DNA of 64,000 bases from Ruditapes philippinarum (lineage: Eukaryota). The position numbers and the translations under genes are program-made. Of the stretch, positions 50,138 to 63,256 are shown piece by piece (the first letter of the stretch is position 1; every line of letters starts with the position of its first letter). Under the pieces are notes generated by a model, which had not been told where the DNA came from, did not search any database, and worked only from the letters and a program-made list of their open reading frames with translations. The stretch is from contig NW_026856818.1 of NCBI RefSeq assembly GCF_026571515.1, positions 62,001-126,000 of the forward strand. Reading direction: 5' to 3'.

Positions 50138-52414
50138 ATGTTTCGAGTAAGTCAGATGAATACATCCGAAAGTTCCTTTGATACTGTAACCAGCGCTTTT
50201 TGTTGCCCTATTTTTACAGATAATTTGTAAATTTCTATTTTTAGCTTCCAGTTACTGCTGGTCCTCGGCTTGCTCCATATGGGATCATGTTACAAAACTT
50301 TTCAGTCAAACATTCCAAACGGCGAGAACGTACCAAGTCCGTGCAATCCAAATCACCTATGGCAGGGAGTCGGGCATTTTGCCAAACTCGGCGGTGGTGA
50401 AAGAAACTCGTTTGGCTTGGACTTTAAAGCAAATGGATATGTAAGTTCACATACATAGGACTTTAAGTAATAGAAAGAGCACCGAAACACGAGGCTATCT
50501 GATTTGTACGAGGGGGTGTAGCCCCCGAGTATAAATCAGATTGCCGAGTGTTTTGGTGTTCTTTCTCTTTTGTATCATAGTCAAACATGACAGCACGTTC
50601 CCTGTTGTCATAATATGAAACCCCAGAAAAAAATTAACCAATGAACGAGCATTTGAATATGATATTTCTGCCCCTTTCCCTTTCTCTACCGTCACAATAA
50701 GTAAACCCCAGCAAAAATGAACCATAAACGGGCATTATTTGGAGTGCGGGTAACTGATACCTGCACTCCAGTTACCGCACTGTGCATGTATATGTATACG
50801 ATTTAACTCCGACACTTTTTCAACAGAAAGGTCCCCAAACTATGATACAACATATTTATTAAAGCACGTGTTGTAACTTATCATATTCACATTCAAATAT
50901 GTTCCGTAGAATTTATTTTCATTTTCGTTGTCGCTTGTATGGGTATGAATCCTGAGGTTCAACCCTTTTGCCCTTTGTTTAAATTGTTGTTATGTAAAAA
51001 TAATATTTTTATATTGTATTCAAAGAGCAATGAAATATAATTAAACTAAATTCCTTAGGTCACCTTAACCAATGCCTTCGAATATGTTTCTGTTGCTAGT
51101 GGTTTCTTTCAATATTTAAGGTCATACATGTATTGATAAAAACAACGGAAAAATGCAATGGGAATTACATAAAACTGTTTGACCTTTTAAACCTTTATTT
51201 AATAAATTTATTTTTAATTTAACCTATAACCGCAAGAGCATTTTGCGAAAAATGGCTGTTTTCATTGAAAAGCCTCCCGTCACAAGTTTAAATTGCCATA
51301 AAACTATCAAGAAATGTTTCAATACTGATCAAATTTAGCGAACATGTTAACTGGACCATTGCCTTTGTAACGGCATGCTCAGTCTTAAATTTCCTTTTAC
51401 AATGGCAACGAGGGGACATCTCAAAATTGCCAGAAATCATATTTTTTTGGCGGGGTCTCGGGGCGAAAACACGAAAATGGCACAAATAAGCCACCATACA
51501 TTACCTGGTCATATTTAACCTCTAACAAATCCAAAACGTTCTTTGGCACCCCCCTGATTTTTCTTTTTGTTAAGGGGTGGCGCCGAAAAAAAGTGATCAC
51601 TTTTCAACAACATTTCTCAAACAAAAACTAAATGAGGCATTTTTTTCACAATTTGAGGCTTCAAAAAGAGGGGGTGAAAAAAAGCGTTAAAAGGCGTGTA
51701 TATGAGATAATGGGTAACATAGATTTTATCAGTATAATGATAATATATATTTTATTATATTTATCTTAATTTTATTTTCATTAATTAGTTTATTTTTTTA
51801 TTATTACATGTATATATGTTTTTTAACAATTTCATGCATTTTACATTTTTAACCCTTTTTAAATTGTTGTTTTTTCCATAGCTTTTTTTCTTCAAGAGTT
51901 TTAATGTTTTGACCCCACTCTTCAATTCCGGAGAACATTTTAAAATAAAGCTATAAAAGTTACCTTCATAAATATGGTAATACATGTATAATAGAAAGTG
52001 CTTGCTGTTCTAGAATTCAGCAGTTATATAAGTCAGGTCATATGGTGTTGACATTGTGTTTAATTTCACAATTTAAATATTTAAACAGTTACACAAAAAG
52101 CTTTCCGTAAATAGCTGTACGCCTGTATTGAACAAAAATTTGAAAATAATGATAATAATTGATCCCGGTGACCCGGTGAATATTGACGTTTAATCTCAAA
52201 ATGTTCCGAATATACCAGCCTTTTGTAAACAAAGATCGCTTTCTACTTTAAAAGAAAGAAAATCGTCCTCTTGACCAGTAATTCTGTTGTTTGCTTTTTA
52301 GGAGTTTTTTTTTTGTTTCTTTGTTTTTTGTTGTTTGGGCTTTTTTTGGCTTTTGGTTTTTGGCTTGGGGGGTATTTGGGGGGTGTCTTTTCTTGTTGTT
52401 GTTGTTGTTGTTGT

Positions 52415-52464
<50 letters not shown>

Positions 52465-55400
52465 CTGTTTTCTTTTCCTACTTAAAGATTTACTTGGTAG
52501 TTTACGTGGACTGCTGAAAGGGTCGTTTGTAATGTGTAAATTACTTTCTTTGCTCACTGTGCGTCAGGTTAAAGGAACTCCACTGAGGTTTATAAGCCTA
52601 AAATCATAAAATTTTAATTTTCCACATAGATAAACATGAGCACTTGTCAGCAGAAGCAGAATATTAATTGAAAATAACCAAGAAATATAGAAGAAATACA
52701 TTAAACATCATATGTTTGTGCTATTCTCAGTCCGATTTGAGTGAAAAGCGTTTAAATGCTTTTCAATTTTGGTCATTTTTCACTATTATAATAATTATTT
52801 TAGAAAAAAAAACGGAGCAAGCTAATGATCTGAAATTTTGCACATAAGTTATTAGTATAGATCGACATCAAATGGAGTAATAATCTCAAAAAATTATTTC
52901 CAGTCCCGTCATGTCAAAAAACCTCAGTGCAGTCCCTTTAAGGGTTTAATAAATCAAACATATTTTAACATAACAGTCATGGACAGCGTCCCTCTGCAGG
53001 ATGGACTCTGATGGGGATGGAAAAACTAACGGAGAAGAACTTGGGGATCCAAATTGCAACTGGAAACAAGGGGAGACCCCTGAAACAAGCTTAGGATTGT
53101 CCCATCCTGGTGTGTAAAATTTTCATATGGCTATAAATGAGTATCTGTTGTTGTTATTCTTATTGTTGTTGATAATGTTGTTTGTGTCAAAAATTACATT
53201 ATTAATTATTGCTTCATATTTTAAAGGCTCAATCTATCGAACTGCAATTTACATTCTTTTTAAATTTTGGGATAAGTTTTATGAACTCCCGATGGAACCT
53301 TTAGAGAGAAGAAATATAAGAGAATTACAATGACAAAAACTGATTTAGATCAACAAATTTGATGTCACTTTTATAATTCTAGAAAGGTTACATTACCAAG
53401 TGTAAAAGGTTTACACACAAGTTTTACTCATACAAGTAACTTGTCAATTATGTCAAAAAATACGTAGGAATTTATACTTCATAATAAATCATGTCTTTGA
53501 TTTAAAATTAAAAAAAACAACCAACAAAAAAAAAACAAAAACATGCAACACCTTTGTTTATCGATGTTATCAGCGTCATTGTTAACTAATGAAAATCCAC
53601 GTTGTATACTTACGGTATTATAAATGATAATAACTAGTGACAATATATAAATATATATCTTATATTCCAGGTTTCTGTGAGCCAGCCGATTCGGCTGAAT
53701 GCAGGGATAAAAACCAGAATTTGGACTGTTCAACTACGGAGTTCTCATGCGATGCGCTGTCCGACCCAGGTCAGTAATTTTCCTTTTTTACCAAATAATT
53801 TACTTATATAATGTGTATTGTAAGCTAACAAGATAAAATTGGAGATGTAACGGTTCTGTTTTATCATACCAATGTATTTTGTTAAGCCCTTTCCACCATA
53901 GTTTTTGGCCAAATTAAAATGTATGGGTGTTCAAAACTTCAAATTTTTACGCCCGAGCAAACGGAGCAACCCGAGCCGGAACAAAACCGTGGTGGCTCTT
54001 TTATAAGGTTAGTTTGACTCTCTTTGATTGGCATATTTGCAACCATAGATAGCCGCGGTTTCGAATTATTCACACGGAGGGAGCATGCATCTTGCTTTCC
54101 CTTTATAGCTGAGTGGCTCCAGATGATCCAAAATATTTCATGCAGATCAAACCTAAGATTTTGAGAAAAGTTTCAAGTAATAATTTTGCAGTATTTCTCA
54201 ATTTATCACTTTATTTCTACAGCGTGACTAATGCAGGACGGGATATTTTGCATATTTCTGGCCACTTTGGTAATTTATGTGTATTGTAAAAGTCTTTAGC
54301 AATGTGTAAATTACTTACTTTGTTCACTGCACACTTCTTTAATTTTAAATACATTTTCAAAATTTTCATGAAAACTGGCATGAATCAGGAGGCATGCTGC
54401 TTTAATGTTTGATTGAAAATCTTTTTAAACTGGTGGTTAGTTAAGCATATACATGTTTTATATAATACATGTATGTACTTTATCGTTATCCAAGCTGCAT
54501 AGAGATCGTTATCTTGAACGACTATTTGGATGTTGTCTATCTGAACAATAATTCATTGTTACAATCTGACTAAAGCTCAGATCTACTTATCTCTTTTCAG
54601 TAGATCTGATCGAAACCGTTTCTGTTTCACCTTCTTTATAATTCGGATTTCCCGAGAAAGCTATTTTAAGTCATGCAATCAAACCATGTTTTACATAGGC
54701 ATTAGAAGAAACTAGTATTTAAATACCGTTATCAGTGGAAGTTAAACAAATTGCTGATTCTTTTTTTCTTTTTTGAGAAGAAAAATGTTTGAAGTATTTT
54801 TAACAAATCAACTTTAAATAATAGAGTATATTTTTAATTGGCCAGATTGTTTTGCCAGTTTACCTGTCAGCTTTATGGGCAACGCCATATTTGTACTCAA
54901 AATCATTATCTGCTCAGTTCTGCTTTTCCCAAGGTTAAATTTAGAAACCACATTATGAAAGCTCGCTGATGATTGGCTGTGTTGAAGATCACCAGAAACT
55001 AGTTCGTATTTGGTTACGGTTAGATCTAATTGCGGAGCATTATTTTGAGCGGATTTTAATTAGATTGCTTATTGTTATATATTTACAGACATTGAAAGTT
55101 ACACAGTCCGACTTGACGACACGGCTGTCCCAGCAGAAGAGACAACCTACATTTGCCAGATAATGGACATCCCTAGCGATAAAGATTACCATCTTGTCGC
55201 GTCACAGCCTTACATTCAAAACATCGACGTTATGCACCACATCTTATTGTACGGCTGTACCGACAGTGGTAGGTTAAATAGATTATATAATCATGTTTGC
55301 ATATAGATAGCAATACAACGGAGCCCCTAAGGTGACATTTTCCACACTTTTTTGAAAATGTCACCTTAGTGGCTTCGTACAATACCGAAAAGCGGCTAAA

Positions 55401-58400
55401 ATATTTGTTCAGTGTAACAGCTCATATAGCAGGATAATGCGGCAGCAATGTAGGCTCACCACTTTTCAACGATTATTTGGGCAATGCATCAAAGGGACTC
55501 CACTGACATGACGGGACTGGAAATAATATTTCTGGATTAATGTTCCATTTGATAAAGGTCTAAGCCAATAACTGGTGTGCAAAATTTCAGAACAATTGCT
55601 AACTCTGCTTTTCCAGAAAATACTTTAATTCTGGAAAATGACCAAAAATTGAACAACGTTGCAACGCTTTTCACTACTTAAATCGTGCTAAGTCTATTAA
55701 ATACGATTTTCAAAATGAATTTCTTAATTATTTTGTGTATGTGTTTCTGTTAAGTGCCCCTGAAGGTGATATAGGTAAGAAATTCAAATTTTATTTTTTA
55801 GGCTTTTGACCCTCAGTGGAGTTCCTTTAAGACATACCAACGACTAAGAAAAATATTATCGGAGTTTACATCACCTTCGTTAATTATAACATGACATTAA
55901 TTTCAGCACCAATTACCCCTGAAATGCGTAGCCCTAATAAATGCTTCATGAACCGATTGTCTGGCTGCGAAGAGATACTGGCTATCTGGGCTGTAGGGAG
56001 TAATGGCTTGTGTTACCATGAAGATGCCGGGGTCAAGTTGGGAAAGACAGGATTTAAAACAGTTCTGCTCGAGGTTTGTCGACTCCGAAATAAAATTTAA
56101 TGTAGAAAAAAAAATAATTATAGAGTTTCTTTTCAAATTGATAATTAATCTTTTGGTAAAATTTTAAAAAGGGGTTTGAAGCGAAAAGGGGGACGAATCT
56201 TTATGATTTTATTCAACATACTCGTTAAAAAATTCAGTACCCTTTGATTGAAAACTTTTAATTTTTGTCTTTTTTGTGGGGTTTAATTTTCCCAAACTAC
56301 ATCTAAGGTTTGAATTTTTTGTTCCGAATATAACTTTCATATACTATTATTGCAAATTTTATTCAACTCGTCAATTCACTAAGTTCAGTTTCTCTTATGT
56401 ATCTTTTAATACAACAGATGCACTGGAACAACCCTATGTTGGTCGACAATTACAGGGATTCATCGGGTATTACCCTTCACATGACGCCTAATCTTCGCAA
56501 ATACGAGGCCGGCATGATGATGATTGGTCAAACGTCATTAGTAATTCCACCCGGACGTGAACTATACACCGCCAACTCCACGTGCAGCTCTGAATGCACG
56601 AGAAAGAAAATGAACGGAAATATTTTTATTGCGGGGGCTTTCAACCATATGCATTATCTAGGTATATGTTTTTCCTTAAAACCCAAAACATTCTTTCCAT
56701 TGCACCGGAAAGTCATTTTTTCTGATCTTCCCCCAAAATAAATAAAATGATGCTTGCCTAGTAAATTGCTCGAATGAGTTCAAACATTGGTTAGCTCGGA
56801 TGAAAAACTACATGTAGGTCACAGGAGCTAAAAAATAGAAAATTCTTGTTAACTCTCTAGTGGATACTGTTGTTATCCAAATATCCTGAAAATTGGTCTG
56901 CACGTATGTTTTGATGATTTCTTGGTCAAGTCCGAATATTGGTTACATGTACATGGGATCAAAAACTAGGTCACACTGCCCAAATATGGAAAAACCTTGT
57001 TAACACACTAGTGGTCACATTTTTGACTCAATTGTCATCAATCTGTCTCAGGATGATTGCCTAGTAAATTGATCGAATGAGTTCAAACATGGGTCATCTC
57101 TGATGAAAAACTAGGTCACAGGAGCTAAAAATAGAAAAATCTTGTTAACGCTGTAGTGGATACTGTAAGTTGTTATCCAAATATTCTGAAAATTGGTCTG
57201 AAAGTTTGTTTTGATGATTCGAATATGTGTCACCTGGGGTCAAAAACTAGGTCACACTGCCCAAATATGGAAAAACCTTGTTAACACACTAGTGGTCACA
57301 ATTTTGACTGAATTGTCATCAAACTTGGTCAGGATGTTTGCCTAAGTAATTTCTCTGATGAGTTCGATTGGTCAGGTGAGCGATCCAGGGCCATCTTGGC
57401 TCTCTTGTTAATAATCTTAACTAGGTAAATCTTCGGTATCCAACCCGGTTACTTAAGACAGTAAAGAGCACGTGTTACTCCCAATTTTTATATTATTTTA
57501 TATTCTTTACCAGGTAAATCAGCGTTATCCAGCCTGGTTACAAGGGACAACAAAATACACGTTCTAGCTGATGATCCAAACTACAGTTATGATAGTCCAG
57601 AGTTCTACATGTAAGTTCAACCAATATGTTTCTATATTTAAAGGCTAGATTCGAAGTATTTCCAAATTTTATAAGAGGTTGATCGAAAGTACAAAATAAT
57701 ATAACTATTAATCTATATCTAAAAAGTGAGATGATTTTTCTCATTTTTACGCAGGAAGTCAAAGACCGAGGCCCGGGCTTTGGCTTGTCCGGCTTTAGAC
57801 AACAAGTATATATTTAAAAGGAAATCAAATAAAGAAAACAATTAAAATATATATTGACTTCTATACCAATCAGTGAAATTTCAAGTGCCATATCTGATAG
57901 GGCGCTGTCATTTTCAATGTAACTCTATAATAATAGGCTGAGTATTCCGATAACTGAACGATCGCAATTTAATCTTTGAGGTGTTACGAGTGAAAACGGA
58001 GGAGGGTAATGAAATAACGCATGAAACCTTCAAAACAGAACATGTAAAATAAAAATGAACGATTATTTTAATCGAATTCCCAATTCATAGGTTTGCCTTA
58101 TTTTATTTTAATCGACTTTTGTCTAATTTCATATTACTAATGACGTGATTTCTTTTTCTTTCTTTTTTTCAAAATAAAGATTTGACGAGCCAGTCGAAAT
58201 GGAACCTGGTATGGAACTTAAGTTACGGTGTGATTTCAAGTCAACTTCTCGCACAAAGACGACGTTTATGGGGGAGGCTACCAACGACGAAATGTGCTTT
58301 GCATTCCTAATGTACTACCCGAAAGAAAACTGGATGGGACAAGGTGCGTACATCGGCAGTTAAAGGCACATTATGCCTCATAAACAAATTCAATTTCAAT

Positions 58401-60083
58401 TCTTAAAAACCGTAAAAATGATTTCTATAATGTTTCAATTATGGCTTTAGAGAATGTTAGGTGCTTGTTACCTGATGACAAAAGCGATAAATGTGAAATA
58501 TTTGGCACTAAAGTAGCAAAATGTAAGCAAAGTACTTTTTTGACTTCCATACAAGATACCATAGTTCACTGTAACTGTACTTATAGTCAAGAAAGCAACC
58601 GATGAAAAAAATTCAGGGAATTGGCCAATGAGTAACTTTAAGGATAAAAAATAAAAGCATTTCTGGGACATAATGGACCTGTAAGATAATTACATAACGT
58701 TCCTTTCGGTGTAGCTGTGGCCATTTGACGTGAGTATGCTATGAAACAAGAATGGATGGGTCATGTAACGACAACTAGTATTTGTAAAACTTCTATTTTG
58801 TTTAATGTAACAAAACCGTTTGAGAACTTGTGGCGGCATGCCCGAGTGGTTAACGTGCCTGACCAGTCTAATGATCGCTAGCCGCATGGGTTCAAATCCA
58901 GTCAGGGACAAGTCGTTGTTTCCTGGGGCGAGAAACATTAAACTCATTTCTCAGTACTGGTTGGTTCCAGGAACGGATTCGACAGTGTGTCTATAACCTT
59001 TAAACTTCCTATACAATCGAACTAAAGTAAATTCTGTAGAAAACAAAAATGTTCGCAAAAACGTTCAGTCAAATGTTTGGTTCATTCCAAGGACCCTATA
59101 CAGCACAATAATAAGGTTGATATTATTTCTATACAAAATGAAATGTATATGAAACTTATATTTATTATAATAGAATGCGTTTCGCACGGCACAATCGACT
59201 CCTGCGAATGGGAAGATGGTTATGCGGACGGCTGTGACCTGAATAAGTTTGGAAACCCAGCGTAAGTAAATTTAAAAAAAAAATGACTAAAATCTTAAAT
59301 ATATATATTCTTATAGCTTATGAGTGAATAACATCTTCCTTTAAGTTATGATTCCCCAAAATGCACTACCTCCGCTTTGAGAATATGCTGGGACTACTGC
59401 CAACTGCATTGAAACGGCGGGGTGCGGGTTCAAACCCCAGAAGGGGCAAAAAAAAATTATTTCTTTTTTTAAAGTACTTTCAGCTGACTTTGACTCGAAA
59501 ATAATAGTTTAAATAAAAGAGTTATCTAATATATGTCATGTGATCGTGTTTATGCTATTTTTGCACGTGCTCGCTTTATATGTCGCTGTAGATGACGTAA
59601 GCTTCCTCACGCATGTAAATGTGCATAGCTAGCATATAATTATTATGCGTGTCAGTTATATGGTGCCTTTCATTTTCTATATCATGTATGTCTTTATCTT
59701 AATCATTATATAAATTCATGCACAGAGATCCGGAAAATATAGAGCGGTATTCGCTCTTGGAACAGAATTGCAAGGTCGGACTTTGTTTGGAAGAATGCAA
59801 GCCAATATTGCGGGAAATTTTTCAGCATCCGTGCTATGCCCCTGGTCTTTACAAAATGTTCCGAGGTATGTCTCTTGACAGTACCGAAGACCAGTCAATG
59901 AAAGTTACCTTACTTGAGCACTATAACAAACTGGATTCATGCGCTGCTGAACTGGAAAGAGAAAAGTGTAACGGAAACGGAAATGACGGATGGAATAGAC
60001 CGGAAATAGATGGTGCTCACGGAATTCATTTGTCTTCAACCGTAACATTGTTAGTTACATCTTTACTGGTTTATTTCTGGTAG
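50138..60083 (+). CDS. Temptin-domain plus DBH/MOXD1-like copper type II ascorbate-dependent monooxygenase with GPI-like C-terminus, ~575 aa. Exons 50138-50146, 50252-50440, 52977-53109, 53671-53769, 55089-55268, 55907-56073, 56418-56661, 57514-57610, 58180-58343, 59174-59261, 59726-60083
   Basis: All introns are GT-AG and phase-consistent (1728 nt). Signal peptide MFRLLLVLGLLHMGSC; temptin motifs IPNG..C..WQGVGH..GGGERNSFGLDF and WT..LC..DSDGDGKTNGEELGDPNCNW..SHPG; Cu ligands MHHILLYGC, EMHWNNP, HMHYLG, DEMC..YYP; hydrophobic terminus. Confidence 0.92.
52394..52465. repeat. (GTT)n(GAT)n microsatellite
   Basis: Direct reading. Confidence 0.9.
52573..52937 (+). mobile_element. TTAA-flanked Kolobok-like MITE, second family
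   Basis: TTAA|aggaactccactgagg ... cctcagtgcagtccct|TTAA. Relatives at 55493-55826, ~49250-49515 and ~27848 onward. Confidence 0.8.
55318..55379. mobile_element. 62-bp minimal MITE consisting only of TIRs
   Basis: acggagcccctaaggtgacattttc / gaaaatgtcaccttagtggcttcgta. Confidence 0.65.
55493..55826 (-). mobile_element. Kolobok-like MITE, inverted relative of 52573-52937
   Basis: agggactccactgacatgacgggactggaaata ... cctcagtggagttcct|TTAA. Confidence 0.75.
56745..57408 (-). mobile_element. Helentron-like element with a tandem array (~280-300-bp dimeric unit, about 2 copies)
   Basis: Terminus caggtgagcgatccagggccatcttggctctcttgtt (reverse complement begins aacaagag plus a palindrome); repeated aaaaactaggtcac..cttgttaac.c.ctagtgg. 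Confidence 0.75.
58364..58680 (+). mobile_element. Kolobok-like MITE copy (47351 family)
   Basis: TTAA|aggcacattatgcct ... gcatttctgggacataatggacct. Confidence 0.75.
58832..59030 (+). mobile_element. tRNA-derived CORE-like SINE
   Basis: tgcccgagtggttaa A box, ggttcaaatcc B box, core agaaacattaa..agtactggttggttccaggaacggattcga. Confidence 0.75.
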
Positions 60084-60699
60084 TATATGTGGTCTGATAA
60101 CTAAATGTAATACTATATTTTGCATTTATAAGAGTATTACTACATGTGATAAAACTGCTCTTCGTTAACAAAGCGTATTTAACTTACCAGTGCTAAGATT
60201 ATACCTAAGTAGAAAAAAAATAATATAATTTTATTATATCTAGATTCATACTGAATTATTTTTTAGAATATCAGAAAGTCGTCTGTGAATTCATGTATTT
60301 AGATGATATTTTCATGTACAAAATCTTCAAGTCACAAACTTGTCAATCGTGTTGTTGTTTTTCTTTACTTTTAGTTTGTCATTCCTATATGAAATCCAAC
60401 TGAATATCGCAATAAATATATCTTTATTTTTGGAAATGTGTCCTCTTTCTTTTTGCGTTTTCGCAGACTTCATGCCCAAAATAAGGAAATGTAATAGAAC
60501 TTACTCAAAATTAAAAAAAAAGTTAAATCCAAAAGTGTAGTGTACTTAAAAGCTAAAATCAAATAGAACGAGGAAAGTCTATAATTTTCATGCTGACCTG
60601 AAGTCAAGAAGTTCAAACATTTACTGATCCAACTGCAAGAGCAAACTTGTTAATCCCCTAATTCAGGTATGTCTTCTTCAGTCTCCAGATTAGTTTTTC

Positions 60700-61900
60700 A
60701 TAGTCCTGTAAACATATGCTCACCCCACATGACCATTCAGCCATGCCAAATTAATTCATATCTGAAAATGGTGTAAATTAACTTAAAAATGTTTTATAAA
60801 AGTTTCTGGTCCCGATCAAATATCCACAATGCTATTTAAAGAAGTTTCTCTAATACTTACCCACATCTTCTTCTAGATCTTCTTTACAACAGGAAGCTTT
60901 TGTACCAAATTATTTGAAGCGTGCCTTAATTGCCCAGTGTACAAGAAGGGTCAGAAGTTGAAACTCAAGAAATAAAGCCCTTCTCCCTGATATGCGTAGC
61001 ATCCGAACTGATTTATTACATTTTAGTGTCAAATATTATATACTTTTATAATCGACACAACATTCTAAGCCTATGTTAACATGGCTTCGTGTTAAAACCT
61101 AGTTGTGTGAGTGTCAAATTGTAAGCTTTTCCCTAAAAATACATGACAGTCTTGAAAAGGCCAACCAACTGATATTGTATTCCTAGAAACTTTGAATTCG
61201 CGACAAAAATATTTCGCGTTTTTCGTAAGATTTGCGTTTTCGCGGAGATAAACTTTCGCGCAAACAATGTGACAGTGAATTTTACGAATATTAAGTTTCT
61301 GGGGGTAAAGAGCATATACGTAACTATATAATCACAGTTACGTTTCTGTATTTGTTCTTCCTACATCGACAAAACAGAATAAGGCATGCGATATTGACCA
61401 AATCTTTAAATTTTACCTATAAACAATCAATATGCAAGATTTAAGATACCTTTCTGACGTACTAGTATTACATAGCCATGGGTTACAACAAGCCATTTGA
61501 TGGGATGGATCATCAACACGTTATGAGTAAACTACATAGACTAGACATTAGCAATGACATCACAAACTTTGTCCACTTCTTCCTTAGGTCCCACTCTAAA
61601 CAAACTGAAAGGTGGAATTCAGTCATATTTTCCAGTCCTTTCGGGGGTCTCACAAGGTTCAGAGTCAGGACTGCTTTTTTCTGTCCTTTTCACATGCCTC
61701 CACCCTCAAAGTGTTAAAAAGGTGATGTTGAGACTATTTTCAGAGTGTTGTCCACAATCAAATCCATACAAGATACCAAAAGTCTTCAAGATAACCTTGA
61801 AACATTGCACTGAAAATGATTGGTCCATGGAATTTTACCCAAATAAATGAGACGTCATCAGAATTTTATGAAAAAGAAATCAAATAAACGCTAAATCTCT
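60700..61900 (+). pseudogene. Decayed non-LTR retrotransposon reverse transcriptase (CR1/L2/Jockey-type)
   Basis: Frameshifted motifs GPDQI, VYKKG, HGFR-like, KPFDGMDH..KL and VLSGVSQGS (a VPQGS analogue). An unrelated ttcgcg-rich insert lies at ~61190-61310. Confidence 0.7.
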
Positions 61901-63163
61901 ATATTCTCCATAATATTCACTAAAAAACAAGAAGATAAACACATAGAGGTTTACTAATCATGTGCTAAAGCAAATAACCCCTTTCTATTTATTTTAAGAG
62001 AAATTATTTAATGTTAAATAAAACTGAATAGATCTATTCATATATATGTGCAAGAACACATTCCGAGCATTATTCAATCGCTTGGCATCCTTGGTAAACA
62101 TATTTGATTTATAATGTACGTAGAGCATGCCAAAAAGATCCACGGACCGGCGTCGAAACATGATCAGAAAATATAACCGTCACACATGTACAAAATATAA
62201 AACATTTTTGTTTTTACTTATACAATCAACACAGTCATTACAATAATGCATACAAAAACTCTTATATATGTACATTTCTCGAGAGCACAGTACCATATAA
62301 AACTCGTTTTTCCTCTAGAAATTAATATTACCGACCGTGGATCAAACTCTCTTTAAATAATCGTACAGGATAGCATCAGTTTAAAAATCTGTACTTCACT
62401 CTTTCTTATTTATTTTAGTCTATTTTTTATGTAATTTTGCACACACATGTGCAGAGCTCTACATGTATACCAAGCTCCTTTCTTTTATTTATTAACAGTT
62501 CCCTGATAACGCGCCTGCTACATGTAGTTATAATGGTTAAATGTGGTTTAGAAAATTATCATTAAAAAAACGAACAAAAAGCAACAAAAAATCAACAGCA
62601 ACAAAATCAACAAAATATGTACAGTCTTGGAGCAGTAGTTACATCAGGAATGTTATATACATATAGCTACATGTTAAATACGCTGTCAATTATGATGGAC
62701 CCGCCCCCTTAGCATAATTCCTATGGCGTCTGACAATACTACATTGTACCTGTACAGTCATAGTATTGTTAGTTCTTATGTTGCATTTGCACACTGAATA
62801 TTAACAGCTATCTAAAACGATCATTCTTGTCTGTATTTATTTATTTATGTGGTTTTATTACAAGAACGTATACTACATCACTGAGACTAGTAGATCTATA
62901 TGTAGATGTTTTTATTCTTAATTCACTTTTTAGCCTATATAAACATTTGGTCGAGTGTTTTTAATATTTATTGAGTGTTTTTAATATTTATTGCCTATTT
63001 CAACAATTAAATCGATAATTTATGCGACGTCTTCCAAGCTGACAATTAAGATTACCCAAGATTTAGTGTCATGTGACCTGCTATAGGACAACAACAAACG
63101 CGACTGAACATATAAAATTTTATTCATATTTCTGGAATTCAAGGGAATTGTCATTTGATTTTA

Positions 63164-63256
63164 ATGATGTCTACAAGAAGGGCATTACATTTTGTATTTA
63201 AAGTCGGCAACAGAACAGAGACTGCAAAATTCTTTAGAGAAATCCTAGGCATGAAA
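63164..63256 (+). CDS. GLOD4: Glyoxalase domain-containing protein 4, first coding exon (gene continues beyond the window)
   Basis: [31 protein letters not shown]|GTAAGT matches the GLOD4 N-terminus [21 protein letters not shown]. Confidence 0.9.

Noticed and set aside
63164-63256. GLOD4 as an HPPD-like (VOC-fold) partner completing a vitamin E pathway with the cyclase
   Set aside because: GLOD4 is a conserved gene with no known HPPD activity, and no homogentisate prenyltransferase or methyltransferase is visible in the window.
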